A stretch of DNA of 64,000 nt from positions 1,598-65,597 of the IMG/VR virus record IMGVR_UViG_3300042383_000120, one strand, 5' to 3'. A program made the translations under genes and the position numbers. The DNA is from a virus (lineage: Duplodnaviria > Caudoviricetes). The stretch's first letter is position 1, and the number at the start of each line of letters is the position of its first letter. A model generated the notes under the pieces. That model saw only the letters and a list, made by a program, of their open reading frames with translations, was not told the DNA's origin and did no database searches. Positions 20,361 through 29,292 of the stretch are shown one piece after another.

Positions 20361-20796
20361 CGCTCAACTCCATCCTGTAGGCAATGTACTCGGGTTCCCA
20401 CCCGTACTTAGCCAGCCATCTTCCCCAAGCCTTGCGACCGAATCCTTCGAGGTGCGTGCACCCGTTATCCCGCGCATACTTACTCATAGCACGTTGCACC
20501 ATGGGAAGCCACTCCGCCATGCGGGTTCCGCCGATCCAGTCGAGCGCCATACCGCGGTGCGGGCCCGGATAGCTCACAATGCGACTAGTGACGGCGGCGA
20601 TAATTTTGTCGTCGTCCAACACGACCCAGAGGACATACGTGTCCGACATTATGCCGTCGTATACGTCCTGCATGGAAAACTTACCACGTGAAGTATCGAC
20701 TGAGCGTTTCAGCACGCGCGTCACATCTGCCCATACGGCGTTAACAAACGCCTTCGGGACGGGAGTGTAGATCAGAACTGATGCCACATCTTTCAA
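20353..20796 (-). CDS. GNAT-fold acetyltransferase-like virion-associated protein
   Basis: LWVV..AAVT..YP..WIGG..A..NGC..LEGFGRKAW pattern; position typical of podoviral internal virion gene clusters. Confidence 0.6.
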   Translation of the reverse strand: MKDVASVLIYTPVPKAFVNAVWADVTRVLKRSVDTSRGKFSMQDVYDGIMSDTYVLWVVLDDDKIIAAVTSRIVSYPGPHRGMALDWIGGTRMAEWLPMVQRAMSKYARDNGCTHLEGFGRKAWGRWLAKYGWEPEYIAYRMELSDG

Positions 20797-21854
20797 GCCG
20801 CGCGCTCCTTGAGCACCTTCGGTGCGTCCTTACCCGCGCCGTTCACAGCGGAGAGGAACCCACCACCAAACTTCTTCTCGAGTGCGTCTGTGGCGTCCTT
20901 GCGAAGCACGAACTCACCGTCAGCTAGAAGCACGTCCTGCTCACCGTCAATCGTGGCGGGCACCTTGTCGTCTACGCCTGAGCCATCACCCGGACCGCGC
21001 ACCATGCCGTTTTCGCCGTTGGCGAAGCGCTCGCGGGTGTCATCAAACTCGCCGGACTGCACGGAGTCTACCAGATCGCGTAAGGCGCTCTCGCCGTACT
21101 TGGCTACGAACTTACCCAGAGCGATCTCAGGCTGCGGATGCTGCCCCTTGATGGCAGCAATGGCGTCAACGATCTCGGTCTTCTCGTTAGGCTTTTTGAC
21201 GTCCCCACCTTCGGCATAGGTGCGTATGGGGTTATCCCGGTAGGCAATGATTTCCTCATAAGAAGGGGGTCGGCCAATACCGTAGTTGAACTCAGGGTCA
21301 ACACCGGGGCGGTATCCGGGCGGCGGGGCCATCGGGACACGTGGGATCGGACGCATCTCTTTGTCAGCCGCAGTCGGGGTAGTAGCTTTAGTGCCAGCTT
21401 TAGGCACCGGCGTGGCCAACGCACCGCCAATCTGCGACCCAATACCCTGAGCGGAGCCCATGAAGTCCATGCCGCTACGGATACCTTGACCCATCGCGCC
21501 TTGGCCGAACAAACCTGCGATACCTTTTGGTGCTGCGGCAGCTGCCGCGGGCCCGGAAATTGTCGGTCCGGGGCGGATAGAAGTCATGGGAGACTGGCCG
21601 GGAGGTAGCGTGCCCTGACCTGCCGCTGCGCCGCCAGCTGTGCTTCCCATCAGACCCCCGAGAAGCTTACCACCAGCGAAAGAGCCAAGTCCGGCGCGGA
21701 GACCCGCACCGAGGTCTTTTTGTTCGATGGCCGTACCAACCCCCTGCCCGATTGCACCGGCAAGAAGGGGGCTGGCGAGTGCGGCGATGCCGGTTGCCCC
21801 GGCGATGGCGGGGGCGAATGCGGACCCGAGAAAGCCCAAGATCATCGGAAGCAT
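20793..21854 (-). CDS. Putative internal virion protein
   Basis: Gly/Ala-rich hydrophobic N-terminus; YAEGG; GMVRGPGDG..DDKVPA..LADGEFVL motif. Confidence 0.65.
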   Translation of the reverse strand: MLPMILGFLGSAFAPAIAGATGIAALASPLLAGAIGQGVGTAIEQKDLGAGLRAGLGSFAGGKLLGGLMGSTAGGAAAGQGTLPPGQSPMTSIRPGPTISGPAAAAAAPKGIAGLFGQGAMGQGIRSGMDFMGSAQGIGSQIGGALATPVPKAGTKATTPTAADKEMRPIPRVPMAPPPGYRPGVDPEFNYGIGRPPSYEEIIAYRDNPIRTYAEGGDVKKPNEKTEIVDAIAAIKGQHPQPEIALGKFVAKYGESALRDLVDSVQSGEFDDTRERFANGENGMVRGPGDGSGVDDKVPATIDGEQDVLLADGEFVLRKDATDALEKKFGGGFLSAVNGAGKDAPKVLKERAA

Positions 21855-21880
21855 GGCAGTCCCTCTATCGAGTTTCGCAT

Positions 21881-21909
21881 AACTTAGCAGATGTCGTGTT
21901 ACACGACAA
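21881..21909 (-). promoter_or_regulatory. Putative sigma70-type late promoter
   Basis: Minus strand TTGTCG-17 bp-TAAGTT with extended -10 TG. Confidence 0.5.
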
Positions 21910-22150
21910 TCCGAAGCTCTCCGGTCGATGTTTTATACACGTCGTCGGCGACGAGCCCCCCGGCAAGGGCCGCTGCGTTATTGGCGTAGACCGGCAGTGC
22001 GGTCAGCCGCAGCGTCGTGAATATAGCGTCACCCGGGTTGTTGACCTGCTGCACAAAGACCGCGAAGGCGCGGACGAGCTGGGCCATGTATTGCCGATTA
22101 TACTCGCCGGGCGGCGTCGGGAAAAATGGTGCGGGGGAGTTACTAGGCAT
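21899..22150 (-). CDS. Small tail-associated protein
   Basis: Start overlaps the stop of the tail tubular gene; PTPPGEYN motif. Confidence 0.65.
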   Translation of the reverse strand: MPSNSPAPFFPTPPGEYNRQYMAQLVRAFAVFVQQVNNPGDAIFTTLRLTALPVYANNAAALAGGLVADDVYKTSTGELRIVV

Positions 22151-24012
22151 TACTTCCTCCCATCCGCGCGCATATCGAGCCTAGGATCGCCAAGCCGCCA
22201 AGCGGTCCCAGTCTGGTTGGACTCTACCCGCAGGGACATGGACCGCCCACGAAGTCGCGTGAACAGCTGATTGGTAAACTGCTCCACCGGGTGCGAGGCT
22301 GTCTTAACCACAGGATCGGCGTCAGATGCAAAGTAGGCACCGCCGGGGAAGTTTCTGGCCTTCAGTGTAAGCGTGACCGTTGGCGTATCGCTCGTCGAAT
22401 TACGGAAGGTCAAATCGGGGATAACCCGAGTAGCGAACATAAACTGGTCGCCGTCGCCCATATCAACAACACTCGACTCGACGTAAGAGTTGAGCGCAAT
22501 CGGTGGGTTTGCGCTGCCATCATCTAACCCACTCTCGTGGTAATAAACGTAACCATCAGGCGAAACAGCGATGGGGAACGACAGGACGTTGCGGTCTTGC
22601 CAAGCCGTGCGAGGCATGGCACCGTAATACCAGACCCGCTGCTCGTAGTTATACACGACATAGCTGTCGTTTTCTTGACTGCTCGAGCTCGGATAGAACC
22701 ACCACACCTCAGAGAACGAGCTGGAGTGTCCAGCATACACCTTGAGCTGCTGTTGGACGTTGAGGCCCGAGAAGACGTACTCCTTGACGTCGCATGGAAT
22801 CTGCACGACGGCACCGTCATAGGCGTAGAACTCATTCTTGCCCATCCAAAACACCGTGTCGCCAACGGCAACCATGGCGTTTGGACTTATGATTGAAACC
22901 GCCGAAGAAACCTCTTGGATGCCGAAGGTAAACGGAGGCCCGATGAACTGCATTGCGTGGACGGATACGTCCGTGAAGACAATGATTTGCTGCTTGGTCT
23001 GAACGGCACCGATGATCTCGGACCCAGTACCAATGCGAAGCTCGCCTGCTGTGGTGGTCGGTAAGGTGCGCCACTCAGCGGGGTTTTCTTGGTCCGAAAA
23101 GCGGATGACAAGCGGGTCTTGCACGCCGGGGTCGGCTTCTGGGTCGCAGCCGAAGGCGATGACGTGCCTATCGCGCTCCGACACAATGATGGTCTTCGCG
23201 ATGGTCGGCGCGGCCTGAGCCCCAGCCAAGTCCTCCAGAGCCACAGCTCTAGAAGCAAGGCCGAGGCTCTTGTCCCAGTAGTAGATGCCGCCATCCTGAA
23301 TGCAGATGATGAGGTCCTCACCGTAGTTGTCTTGCGACCAGATGCGGAGCTGAGCGCCAGCAACGGTCGTGCTTGACCCAGAGCTCCAAGTCCCGCGAGA
23401 CCATGGGCCAGTACCCCAACCAGTGCCAAACACGGAGGTGTCTAGCCCGATGTTAATCTGGTAAGCCCCTACAACCGAGGCACCGCCATCGCCACTGTCG
23501 GACGCATTTGCCGCTACGCTCACCGTTATTTCGTAGGTATTGGCATCGACAACGCGCGTCACCCGATGCTCCGCGTTGAGGATGGCTGCTGTGATGTTGC
23601 CGCCGAGGGACACTGCGCCTGAGAAGGTGACGAAGTCACCAAGCAGGACGCCATTGCTTGTGTCTGAAACCGTGATTATGGCAGAACCGTTGGTGGCGGC
23701 AAAAGTCACCGCACCTGCCGTGGTCGTCTCTCTGAGGGGCGTAATGTCATTGAGACTGCCGCCACGAATAACGTAGTACTTTAGGTTAGTGCCCACACCT
23801 GTATAGACCGTCCCGTCAAGCGCAGTCCATGTCAGCATAGAGCGCCCCGTGCCTAGCATCTGAGCACGGGTATAGCGCGTCCAGCCGCCGATACTTTCAG
23901 GCTTTCCGGCCCGGAAACGCACGAGGTTGCCATCCCACCATCCGCCTTCATTGGCGTAGGCAGTGGTCTCGCGGTTGATACCGGGCCGGAATACGAGCTT
24001 TGTGAGTGCCAT
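22150..24012 (-). CDS. Tail tubular/nozzle protein (P22 gp10 or T7 gp12-like)
   Basis: 620 aa beta-rich; PGINRE..Y...GWW.GN.VRF N-terminus; EVWWFYP; DGRK end. Confidence 0.75.
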   Translation of the reverse strand: MALTKLVFRPGINRETTAYANEGGWWDGNLVRFRAGKPESIGGWTRYTRAQMLGTGRSMLTWTALDGTVYTGVGTNLKYYVIRGGSLNDITPLRETTTAGAVTFAATNGSAIITVSDTSNGVLLGDFVTFSGAVSLGGNITAAILNAEHRVTRVVDANTYEITVSVAANASDSGDGGASVVGAYQINIGLDTSVFGTGWGTGPWSRGTWSSGSSTTVAGAQLRIWSQDNYGEDLIICIQDGGIYYWDKSLGLASRAVALEDLAGAQAAPTIAKTIIVSERDRHVIAFGCDPEADPGVQDPLVIRFSDQENPAEWRTLPTTTAGELRIGTGSEIIGAVQTKQQIIVFTDVSVHAMQFIGPPFTFGIQEVSSAVSIISPNAMVAVGDTVFWMGKNEFYAYDGAVVQIPCDVKEYVFSGLNVQQQLKVYAGHSSSFSEVWWFYPSSSSQENDSYVVYNYEQRVWYYGAMPRTAWQDRNVLSFPIAVSPDGYVYYHESGLDDGSANPPIALNSYVESSVVDMGDGDQFMFATRVIPDLTFRNSTSDTPTVTLTLKARNFPGGAYFASDADPVVKTASHPVEQFTNQLFTRLRGRSMSLRVESNQTGTAWRLGDPRLDMRADGRK

Positions 24013-24041
24013 GGCGGTCTCCTGTTGGTGGAGATACTACA

Positions 24042-24890
24042 TCACCCGAGCAGTTTAGCCAATGTCTTCGGACCGGCAACGCCATCAGCGGTAAGACCAT
24101 TTGCAGCCTGCCACTTCTTGAGCGCAGCCTCGGTGCCGGGGCCGAAGTCGCCATCGGCTGTAAGACCCAGCTTGGCCTGCATCTTTTTGACGGCCTCACC
24201 CTTCGAACCACGGCGCAAGGTCTCAGACACAGCTGCCGTTACTGGGGCAGAGGTGTCGATCTTGCCACCCAAAGCAGCCATAGCTTTGGCATAGCGCGCC
24301 TGACGGTCTGCGAGGCCGATGTCACCACCATTAATCTTTTTAGTCAGGGCAGCCACGTTGCCGGTATCGGCGATGGGGTTTAGCTTGTTGGTGTTCCAGA
24401 ACCACAGTGCCGACGCCAACGCACCTTCCTTGGTCTCCACCCACACGGCAGCTTCTTCCGCTGTCAGGTCGTAGTCCTTGGCGAAGCGGGTGTAATTGTC
24501 ACGCCCGGTCAGCTGTTTGAGGCCGCGGCCACGGAAGCGCCAGCCGTCACCGGGATGGACGTTGCCCAGCTTGGACGTGCGAAACTCGTCCATGTAAACG
24601 TAGTTGGCGATCTTCTCCGGGTTGCGGGCGTATTCGGCGGCGTTGCGCTTGCCGGGGCCGAAGTAGCGTGGGAAGACCTTGTTCAGCGTTTCCTCACGGT
24701 AGTTGAGGTTCTCGCTCATGGCGTTGAAGTCCATCGACTCGTGAGCGCACTGCGAGATGAACCCGGCGATACGCTGGTCAGTCGTGATGTCGTACTTGGG
24801 CAGGGCTTTGTTCAGCTCCTCGCACCAAGCCTTGATCTCTTTGTTGGTCGGGATCATTGCGGCCAGCTGGCCCTCGGTAATCAGGCTCAT
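24042..24890 (-). CDS. Endolysin: GH19 chitinase/lysozyme-like domain + C-terminal peptidoglycan-binding domain
   Basis: AGFISQCAHES, ENLNY, GDGWRFRGRGLKQLTGRDNY, TKKINGG; LRRGSKG..V..Q..LG..ADGDFGPGT PG_binding_1 pattern. Confidence 0.92.
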   Translation of the reverse strand: MSLITEGQLAAMIPTNKEIKAWCEELNKALPKYDITTDQRIAGFISQCAHESMDFNAMSENLNYREETLNKVFPRYFGPGKRNAAEYARNPEKIANYVYMDEFRTSKLGNVHPGDGWRFRGRGLKQLTGRDNYTRFAKDYDLTAEEAAVWVETKEGALASALWFWNTNKLNPIADTGNVAALTKKINGGDIGLADRQARYAKAMAALGGKIDTSAPVTAAVSETLRRGSKGEAVKKMQAKLGLTADGDFGPGTEAALKKWQAANGLTADGVAGPKTLAKLLG

Positions 24891-24900
24891 TTATGGGCTC

Positions 24901-25308
24901 CTATTCGCACCACGAGGACTTGGCCTCGCCTTTGTATGGACGGGCTAGGCCCGCAGAGATTAGGCTTTGCGCTAGGCTCTGGTGGTCCAGATAGACGTCG
25001 CCCAGCACCCTGCCGCCGTACTTGTCCCACTTGAGGATTTTGATATCGACCTCGAGGGCGTTGGCCACAGCGTCCTTGGTGAACGCGCTGGCCTTCTTTG
25101 CAAGAGCAGCCTCGGCATCGCACTGGGCGCGAGGTGCTTTCTCTGGGGTGTCGATGCCCATTACGCGGATCGAGAGCTTTGGCGGGAGGGGCGACGGGAG
25201 AAAATCCACCGCAATCTCCACCGTATCGCCGTCGATGATCCTAGTGATCTCGTAGGGCGTAGAAAGCGCAGGGGTTGCTGACAGGAGCAGGACAACGAGC
25301 CACCTCAT
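24901..25308 (-). CDS. Staphylococcal nuclease (thermonuclease)-like protein with signal peptide
   Basis: RIIDGDT, IRVMGIDTPE, DKYGGRVL, L..GLA..Y motifs; hydrophobic N-terminal signal. Confidence 0.88.
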   Translation of the reverse strand: MRWLVVLLLSATPALSTPYEITRIIDGDTVEIAVDFLPSPLPPKLSIRVMGIDTPEKAPRAQCDAEAALAKKASAFTKDAVANALEVDIKILKWDKYGGRVLGDVYLDHQSLAQSLISAGLARPYKGEAKSSWCE

Positions 25309-25532
25309 TTCTTAGGTCTCTTGATCGGCACCTTCTTGGTGATCTGACCAAGCACAGCTTCCTGTGCCATGTCCTTACCCATGCCGCCGAGCAGATCGCC
25401 GACGTTGCCCGTGGCTGCGACCTTGATCGCGTTCTCGACCGGGTCAGGCAGGTTCACCTTGTCCAGCACTGCGTCCACGGCCTTTTCTTTCAGCTTGCGG
25501 CCAACAAGCATACCTACGATGCGTCCGATCAT
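25305..25532 (-). CDS. Hypothetical small protein
   Basis: 4-bp overlaps with both neighbours; amphipathic N-terminus. Confidence 0.65.
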   Translation of the reverse strand: MIGRIVGMLVGRKLKEKAVDAVLDKVNLPDPVENAIKVAATGNVGDLLGGMGKDMAQEAVLGQITKKVPIKRPKK

Positions 25533-25810
25533 TCGGTGTACTCCTGTGTTGGGGGCTCGTCATTGCCACCCTTCTGTTTGTTGTTGCCCGCCGCCATCAC
25601 GCCGCCCAAGGCACCAACGATGAACGAGGCGATGGGGGTCAGCAGCTCGAAGAACTTGCGGTCATTTTCTGAACTTTCGCCCAGAGGCTGGGTCACGAAG
25701 ATCAGGCTGTAGAGGATGGAGAAGATCACCCCACCGAGGATCACGGTCAGGGCCACGCCGATAAAGTAGCGCAGCTTGGCTTCCATCACGTCTGGGTCAT
25801 TCTTGCTCAT
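25529..25810 (-). CDS. Two-TM membrane protein (holin-like)
   Basis: Two hydrophobic helices and a charged C-terminus, close to the endolysin. Confidence 0.6.
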   Translation of the reverse strand: MSKNDPDVMEAKLRYFIGVALTVILGGVIFSILYSLIFVTQPLGESSENDRKFFELLTPIASFIVGALGGVMAAGNNKQKGGNDEPPTQEYTE

Positions 25811-25998
25811 TGCGAGGCTCCTGTCAGATCATTGGCGCACATTCCAGTGCGAAGGCAAATCGGGGGAGTGCACTCGAGTGCAGTCCAGTTCACGGGGTCT
25901 TGGCAGGGGTAGCGATAGAACCCGTCACCCGACAGGTAGAAGATCGCACCCAAGGCGGCAATGAAGCCCAGCCAAACGAAGTTCTCGAGTTTTATCAT
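25807..25998 (-). CDS. Small Cys-rich membrane-anchored protein
   Basis: N-terminal TM; RYPCQDPVNW..C.PP.C...G.C. Confidence 0.65.
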   Translation of the reverse strand: MIKLENFVWLGFIAALGAIFYLSGDGFYRYPCQDPVNWTALECTPPICLRTGMCANDLTGASQ

Positions 25999-26426
25999 TG
26001 CATCGGGTTCCTTATGAGGTCGTCCATGGCCTTCCAGAGGTCTTCGATCTCGGCGTCGTACTTTTGCAGCTTGCCGTCGATGCCGCTAGTCACGCTGTCC
26101 GACTTCTCGACCATCGACCGCAGGGCCATCAGCTCTTTCTGCTGCTCAAGGATCGTCCCCATCTGGGTCGAGATTGCCGACAGCTTCGGTGCAAGGCCCC
26201 GGACGTCGTTGTCCTGTATGGCTTGTTCCAGAGTTTGCACCCGGCTCTCAACGCCCAAGACGCCATCCACGCTCTCCTCAACAGCCCAGAAACGGTTGAC
26301 GGTATCGTAGCCCACGTAGATCGTTCCGCTCAAGCCTGACAAGACAGGGAGCGCGGCGGCAAGCCACCAGCCCTTGATGTCGAAGCCTGCGATTCTCAGG
26401 CCGTTGGTTTCAGCTTCCTCACTCAC
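25995..26426 (-). CDS. Membrane-anchored coiled-coil protein (i-spanin-like topology)
   Basis: One TM near the N-terminus followed by heptad-rich helix. Confidence 0.55.
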   Translation of the reverse strand: MSEEAETNGLRIAGFDIKGWWLAAALPVLSGLSGTIYVGYDTVNRFWAVEESVDGVLGVESRVQTLEQAIQDNDVRGLAPKLSAISTQMGTILEQQKELMALRSMVEKSDSVTSGIDGKLQKYDAEIEDLWKAMDDLIRNPMQ

Positions 26427-27172
26427 GAGCCGTAGCCCGCCGCATACACATCAGCCAGCGTCACAGTGTCAGCACCAAGCAGCCCTTGCAGGCCGATGCT
26501 GTAGACTTGACCCATGCTCACGTTGATGATGTCAGCCGTGGCGCTGTAGGCCACAGTCGCGCCATACAGGCTGGCCCCGGTGTTGGCCGCGTAGTTGTCA
26601 ACCGAGCCCGTCATGGTGGCATTGCGCGAGGCCGCCAAGAAGGCACCAGCATCGCGGGCGTAGGTCTGCACCGCACCGAGAGCGTTGTTGTAGTTGCTCA
26701 CGTCAGCGGCGCTGATGGTCATGTCGTTGTTGGTCAAGATCGTCTGGAAGACCATCTGCTCCTGAACCGTGTCGGCGTTGGCAGCCATGTTCGCAACCGC
26801 CTGTACCTCCATCAAAACCGCAGTTGCGGCAACGAGCTGATCGACAGCCGTATCGAGATTTGCCATCGCTGCGGTGTGTTGATCCTGAAACAGGAGCTCG
26901 GCGTTGTAGTACGTCGCGTCGATCACCCCCTGAATGTCAGAGTTGTAGTCGAGCCGCATCTGCTCGGTGACGGTGGCGTCCTGCATGATGCCGGGTTCAA
27001 GGATGTCGCCGTTGCTGGCGCTGTAGGTGGCACCAGCCGTCAGGCTCTGGGCCGCTGACAGTTGGTTAAGGATTGTCTGGGCTGACCCCTGTAGGTCCGT
27101 CATCGTCGGATCGGCGTGAGCGGCGGAAGCGCTCAGACAGAGTAGGGCCGCTGCTTGTTTCAGGTAGGACAT
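26423..27172 (-). CDS. Exported hypothetical protein
   Basis: MSYLKQAAALLCLSASAAHA signal peptide with AxA site; GGAGAGG RBS; Ala/Thr/Asn-rich. Confidence 0.7.
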   Translation of the reverse strand: MSYLKQAAALLCLSASAAHADPTMTDLQGSAQTILNQLSAAQSLTAGATYSASNGDILEPGIMQDATVTEQMRLDYNSDIQGVIDATYYNAELLFQDQHTAAMANLDTAVDQLVAATAVLMEVQAVANMAANADTVQEQMVFQTILTNNDMTISAADVSNYNNALGAVQTYARDAGAFLAASRNATMTGSVDNYAANTGASLYGATVAYSATADIINVSMGQVYSIGLQGLLGADTVTLADVYAAGYGS

Positions 27173-27779
27173 CGGGCAGTTCCTCTCCAATGCGAAGGAA
27201 GGTGTCCCAGAAGGACCGATCTTGGGCGTATCCTACCACATAGGTATGCGGGTTGTCACGCATAGCCAGATAGCCCTCGCGGCCCACCAGCAGCTTGCCC
27301 GTTTCGATGCTGTAGATCGGGCATGGCGTCGAGGCTAGGGCCATGGCTTTATAGACGTTTGCGTTGTCGCACATGACCGAGATACCACTGACCTGCAGGC
27401 CAAGACCTCCGGCCTCCTGCGGTGTACCGAGCAGGCGGGCGTCCTTGCGGCGGTTGCATTCCTCATCTTGCTCCATGCTGCCTTCGGCACGGCCAAAGAT
27501 GCTGACCTGAAACGCCTGTTGCTTGGGGATGAGGCAGCTATCGTTGCCACCGCCGCCCATGACTGTCGGCGCTGCCGCTGTCGGCACGGGCGTTGAGAAC
27601 GGAGACGAGCCAGCACCATTGTAATTCCGCGTCTCGCTGGTGGAAACGTTGTTGCTGTCAATGGTGGAGTTGGTATTGCCGGAGTTCGTGTTTAGGTCGC
27701 CCGTGACTTGGGCGGTGGCTACTGTCGTCAGTAGACAGAGCAGAGCGCACCCATAACGTCCCGAGTATCGCCAGAGCAT
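27066..27779 (-). CDS. Exported Cys-containing hypothetical protein
   Basis: Signal-like ALLCLLTTVATA, Asn/Ser/Thr tract, TAAAP..DSC..C.RRKDARLL..C motif; start uncertain. Confidence 0.65.
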   Translation of the reverse strand: MLWRYSGRYGCALLCLLTTVATAQVTGDLNTNSGNTNSTIDSNNVSTSETRNYNGAGSSPFSTPVPTAAAPTVMGGGGNDSCLIPKQQAFQVSIFGRAEGSMEQDEECNRRKDARLLGTPQEAGGLGLQVSGISVMCDNANVYKAMALASTPCPIYSIETGKLLVGREGYLAMRDNPHTYVVGYAQDRSFWDTFLRIGEELPDVLPETSSGPTLSERFRRSRRSDDDGPTGVSPDNP

Positions 27780-27943
27780 AGCAGCTCGTTGGCCGCGTCT
27801 CCGTGCGCCATGTAGTACAGAGTCTCTGCGTTCTGGCGGATTTCGCACTGGCGGTCACCTTTCGGGCAGGCCGTCGTGTAGGCCACGGACGATACAGTAA
27901 CAGGGCCGCATCCGGCGACCAAGAGGACAAGGATCAGTCTCAT
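27728..27943 (-). CDS. Small lipoprotein
   Basis: MRLILVLLVAGC lipobox; additional Cys pairs. Confidence 0.65.
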   Translation of the reverse strand: MRLILVLLVAGCGPVTVSSVAYTTACPKGDRQCEIRQNAETLYYMAHGDAANELLCSGDTRDVMGALCSVY

Positions 27944-28182
27944 CTGCTAAGGCTCCGCATCAGTTCGTCGATCTTCTTGTCGAGGTTGTCCAGCCGAGAG
28001 ATGACCCGGTTCATGTCGGTGTGCATGTCGGCCCGCGTAACGTAGTCACGAGCTACTTCCTCGCGGGTGCGGTTCAGCAGGATTTGCAGCCGCTTCACTT
28101 CCTCGACGTGATTTTTCAGCACCCAGCCGATGAGACCGAGTGCGCCGCTAAGGACGAAGTTCCAGAGCATTTCAGGGGTCAT
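27940..28182 (-). CDS. Small membrane protein with coiled-coil tail (holin-like)
   Basis: Start ATG overlaps upstream stop; N-terminal TM (LWNFVLSGALGLIGWVL) and YVTRAD..RLDNLDKKID. Confidence 0.65.
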   Translation of the reverse strand: MTPEMLWNFVLSGALGLIGWVLKNHVEEVKRLQILLNRTREEVARDYVTRADMHTDMNRVISRLDNLDKKIDELMRSLSR

Positions 28183-28769
28183 CGGGAAACTCCAGTCATA
28201 AGAAGGTCTGACTTGAAAACATGGATGGATGTCGGGGGCGTATCGTGCACCGCCACCTCTGTAAATCCGTCCATGCTCCACAGATTATGGTGCGTCAGGG
28301 CGATCAGGCTCGGCTTGGCCTTCGCCATCATAGCGATCTGAATCCCATGTACCTCATGGAACACGCCTCCGGCCAGAATTACATCAGCATCTGGCGCTGA
28401 CTTGTGGGTCCCCCACACTAGCTTGACCTCAACGCCGTTCGCCCTTGCATTGCGCTCCGTGAAGTCGAGGCACCGCAGGTCAGGGTCCAGAGCGATGGCC
28501 TTTGCCCCCACCATCGCGGCGGCAATGGCGGCAGCGCCGCAGCCACATCCGATGTCAAGCGCAGTGCGCCCGGAGAACAGCGCGGAGTTGTCCAAGATGA
28601 ACCGTGCCAGCGCCTGAGAGTGCCAGTACGGCAAGGCGTATGGTGCGTTGTCGTTGGTGATTTGGACCGGGTAGTCAACCGACTTCACAAGCGACATGAC
28701 CTTGATCTCAGGGGACAGCTTGAGGCTCCTGAGCGGGAAGTACGCTTCTGTGAGGGCGGTGTAGTCCAC
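28179..28769 (-). CDS. Class I SAM-dependent methyltransferase (lysine methyltransferase, METTL20/PrmA-like)
   Basis: PYW..ALAR, ALDIGCGCG motif I, ALD, NARANGV, DVILAG. Confidence 0.82.
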   Translation of the reverse strand: MDYTALTEAYFPLRSLKLSPEIKVMSLVKSVDYPVQITNDNAPYALPYWHSQALARFILDNSALFSGRTALDIGCGCGAAAIAAAMVGAKAIALDPDLRCLDFTERNARANGVEVKLVWGTHKSAPDADVILAGGVFHEVHGIQIAMMAKAKPSLIALTHHNLWSMDGFTEVAVHDTPPTSIHVFKSDLLMTGVSR

Positions 28770-28771
28770 GG

Positions 28772-29065
28772 TTAGAGCGCCCTGAACATAGGCTCTTCGC
28801 TCGGCAAGACTTCCGCGCAAGCGTTGACGAAGATCGTATCTACCGAGAGCGGGCGGATGGAGTGCGCCTTTCCCTTGGGGAAGATTACAGACTGCCCGAC
28901 AGCTAGCGTCTTTTCCTTGCCCTCGCAGATCGCAAGCACAGACCCCCGCACAACTGTGCAGGAGTGGGCGTATTCGTGCGTGTGTTCTTTTACCTCGTCC
29001 GCAGCATGGTCTGAGGTGTAGAATGTGGCGTAGGGGCCGGGGAGCTTGAGGCTCATGATCTGCAT
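28772..29065 (-). CDS. Cupin-domain protein
   Basis: EHTHEYAH..V.RG and G..VIFPKGKAHSI cupin motifs. Confidence 0.8.
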   Translation of the reverse strand: MQIMSLKLPGPYATFYTSDHAADEVKEHTHEYAHSCTVVRGSVLAICEGKEKTLAVGQSVIFPKGKAHSIRPLSVDTIFVNACAEVLPSEEPMFRAL

Positions 29066-29280
29066 CAGAACTCCTCCACAGTCGTCCCGATGAGGTCTAC
29101 CGCGGGCTCTGGCTCAGGTCGCGGCGGGTAAACGATGCTCTGCGTCTCCGGGTTCCAGTAGTCGAAATCGGGGATGCAGTCGTCTTGGCACGGCGTCCAG
29201 AACAACGGCTCCGCCACAGGGAACTCTGCCTGCGCGACTTCGCAAACGCGGTCAAAGCGAGGGTCAATAAGTGCGATCAT
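29065..29280 (-). CDS. Small tail-fibre-associated protein
   Basis: Directly downstream of a tail fibre; FPVAEPLFW..C.D motif; GGAG RBS. Confidence 0.6.
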   Translation of the reverse strand: MIALIDPRFDRVCEVAQAEFPVAEPLFWTPCQDDCIPDFDYWNPETQSIVYPPRPEPEPAVDLIGTTVEEF

Positions 29281-29292
29281 TGGTTGTCTCCC

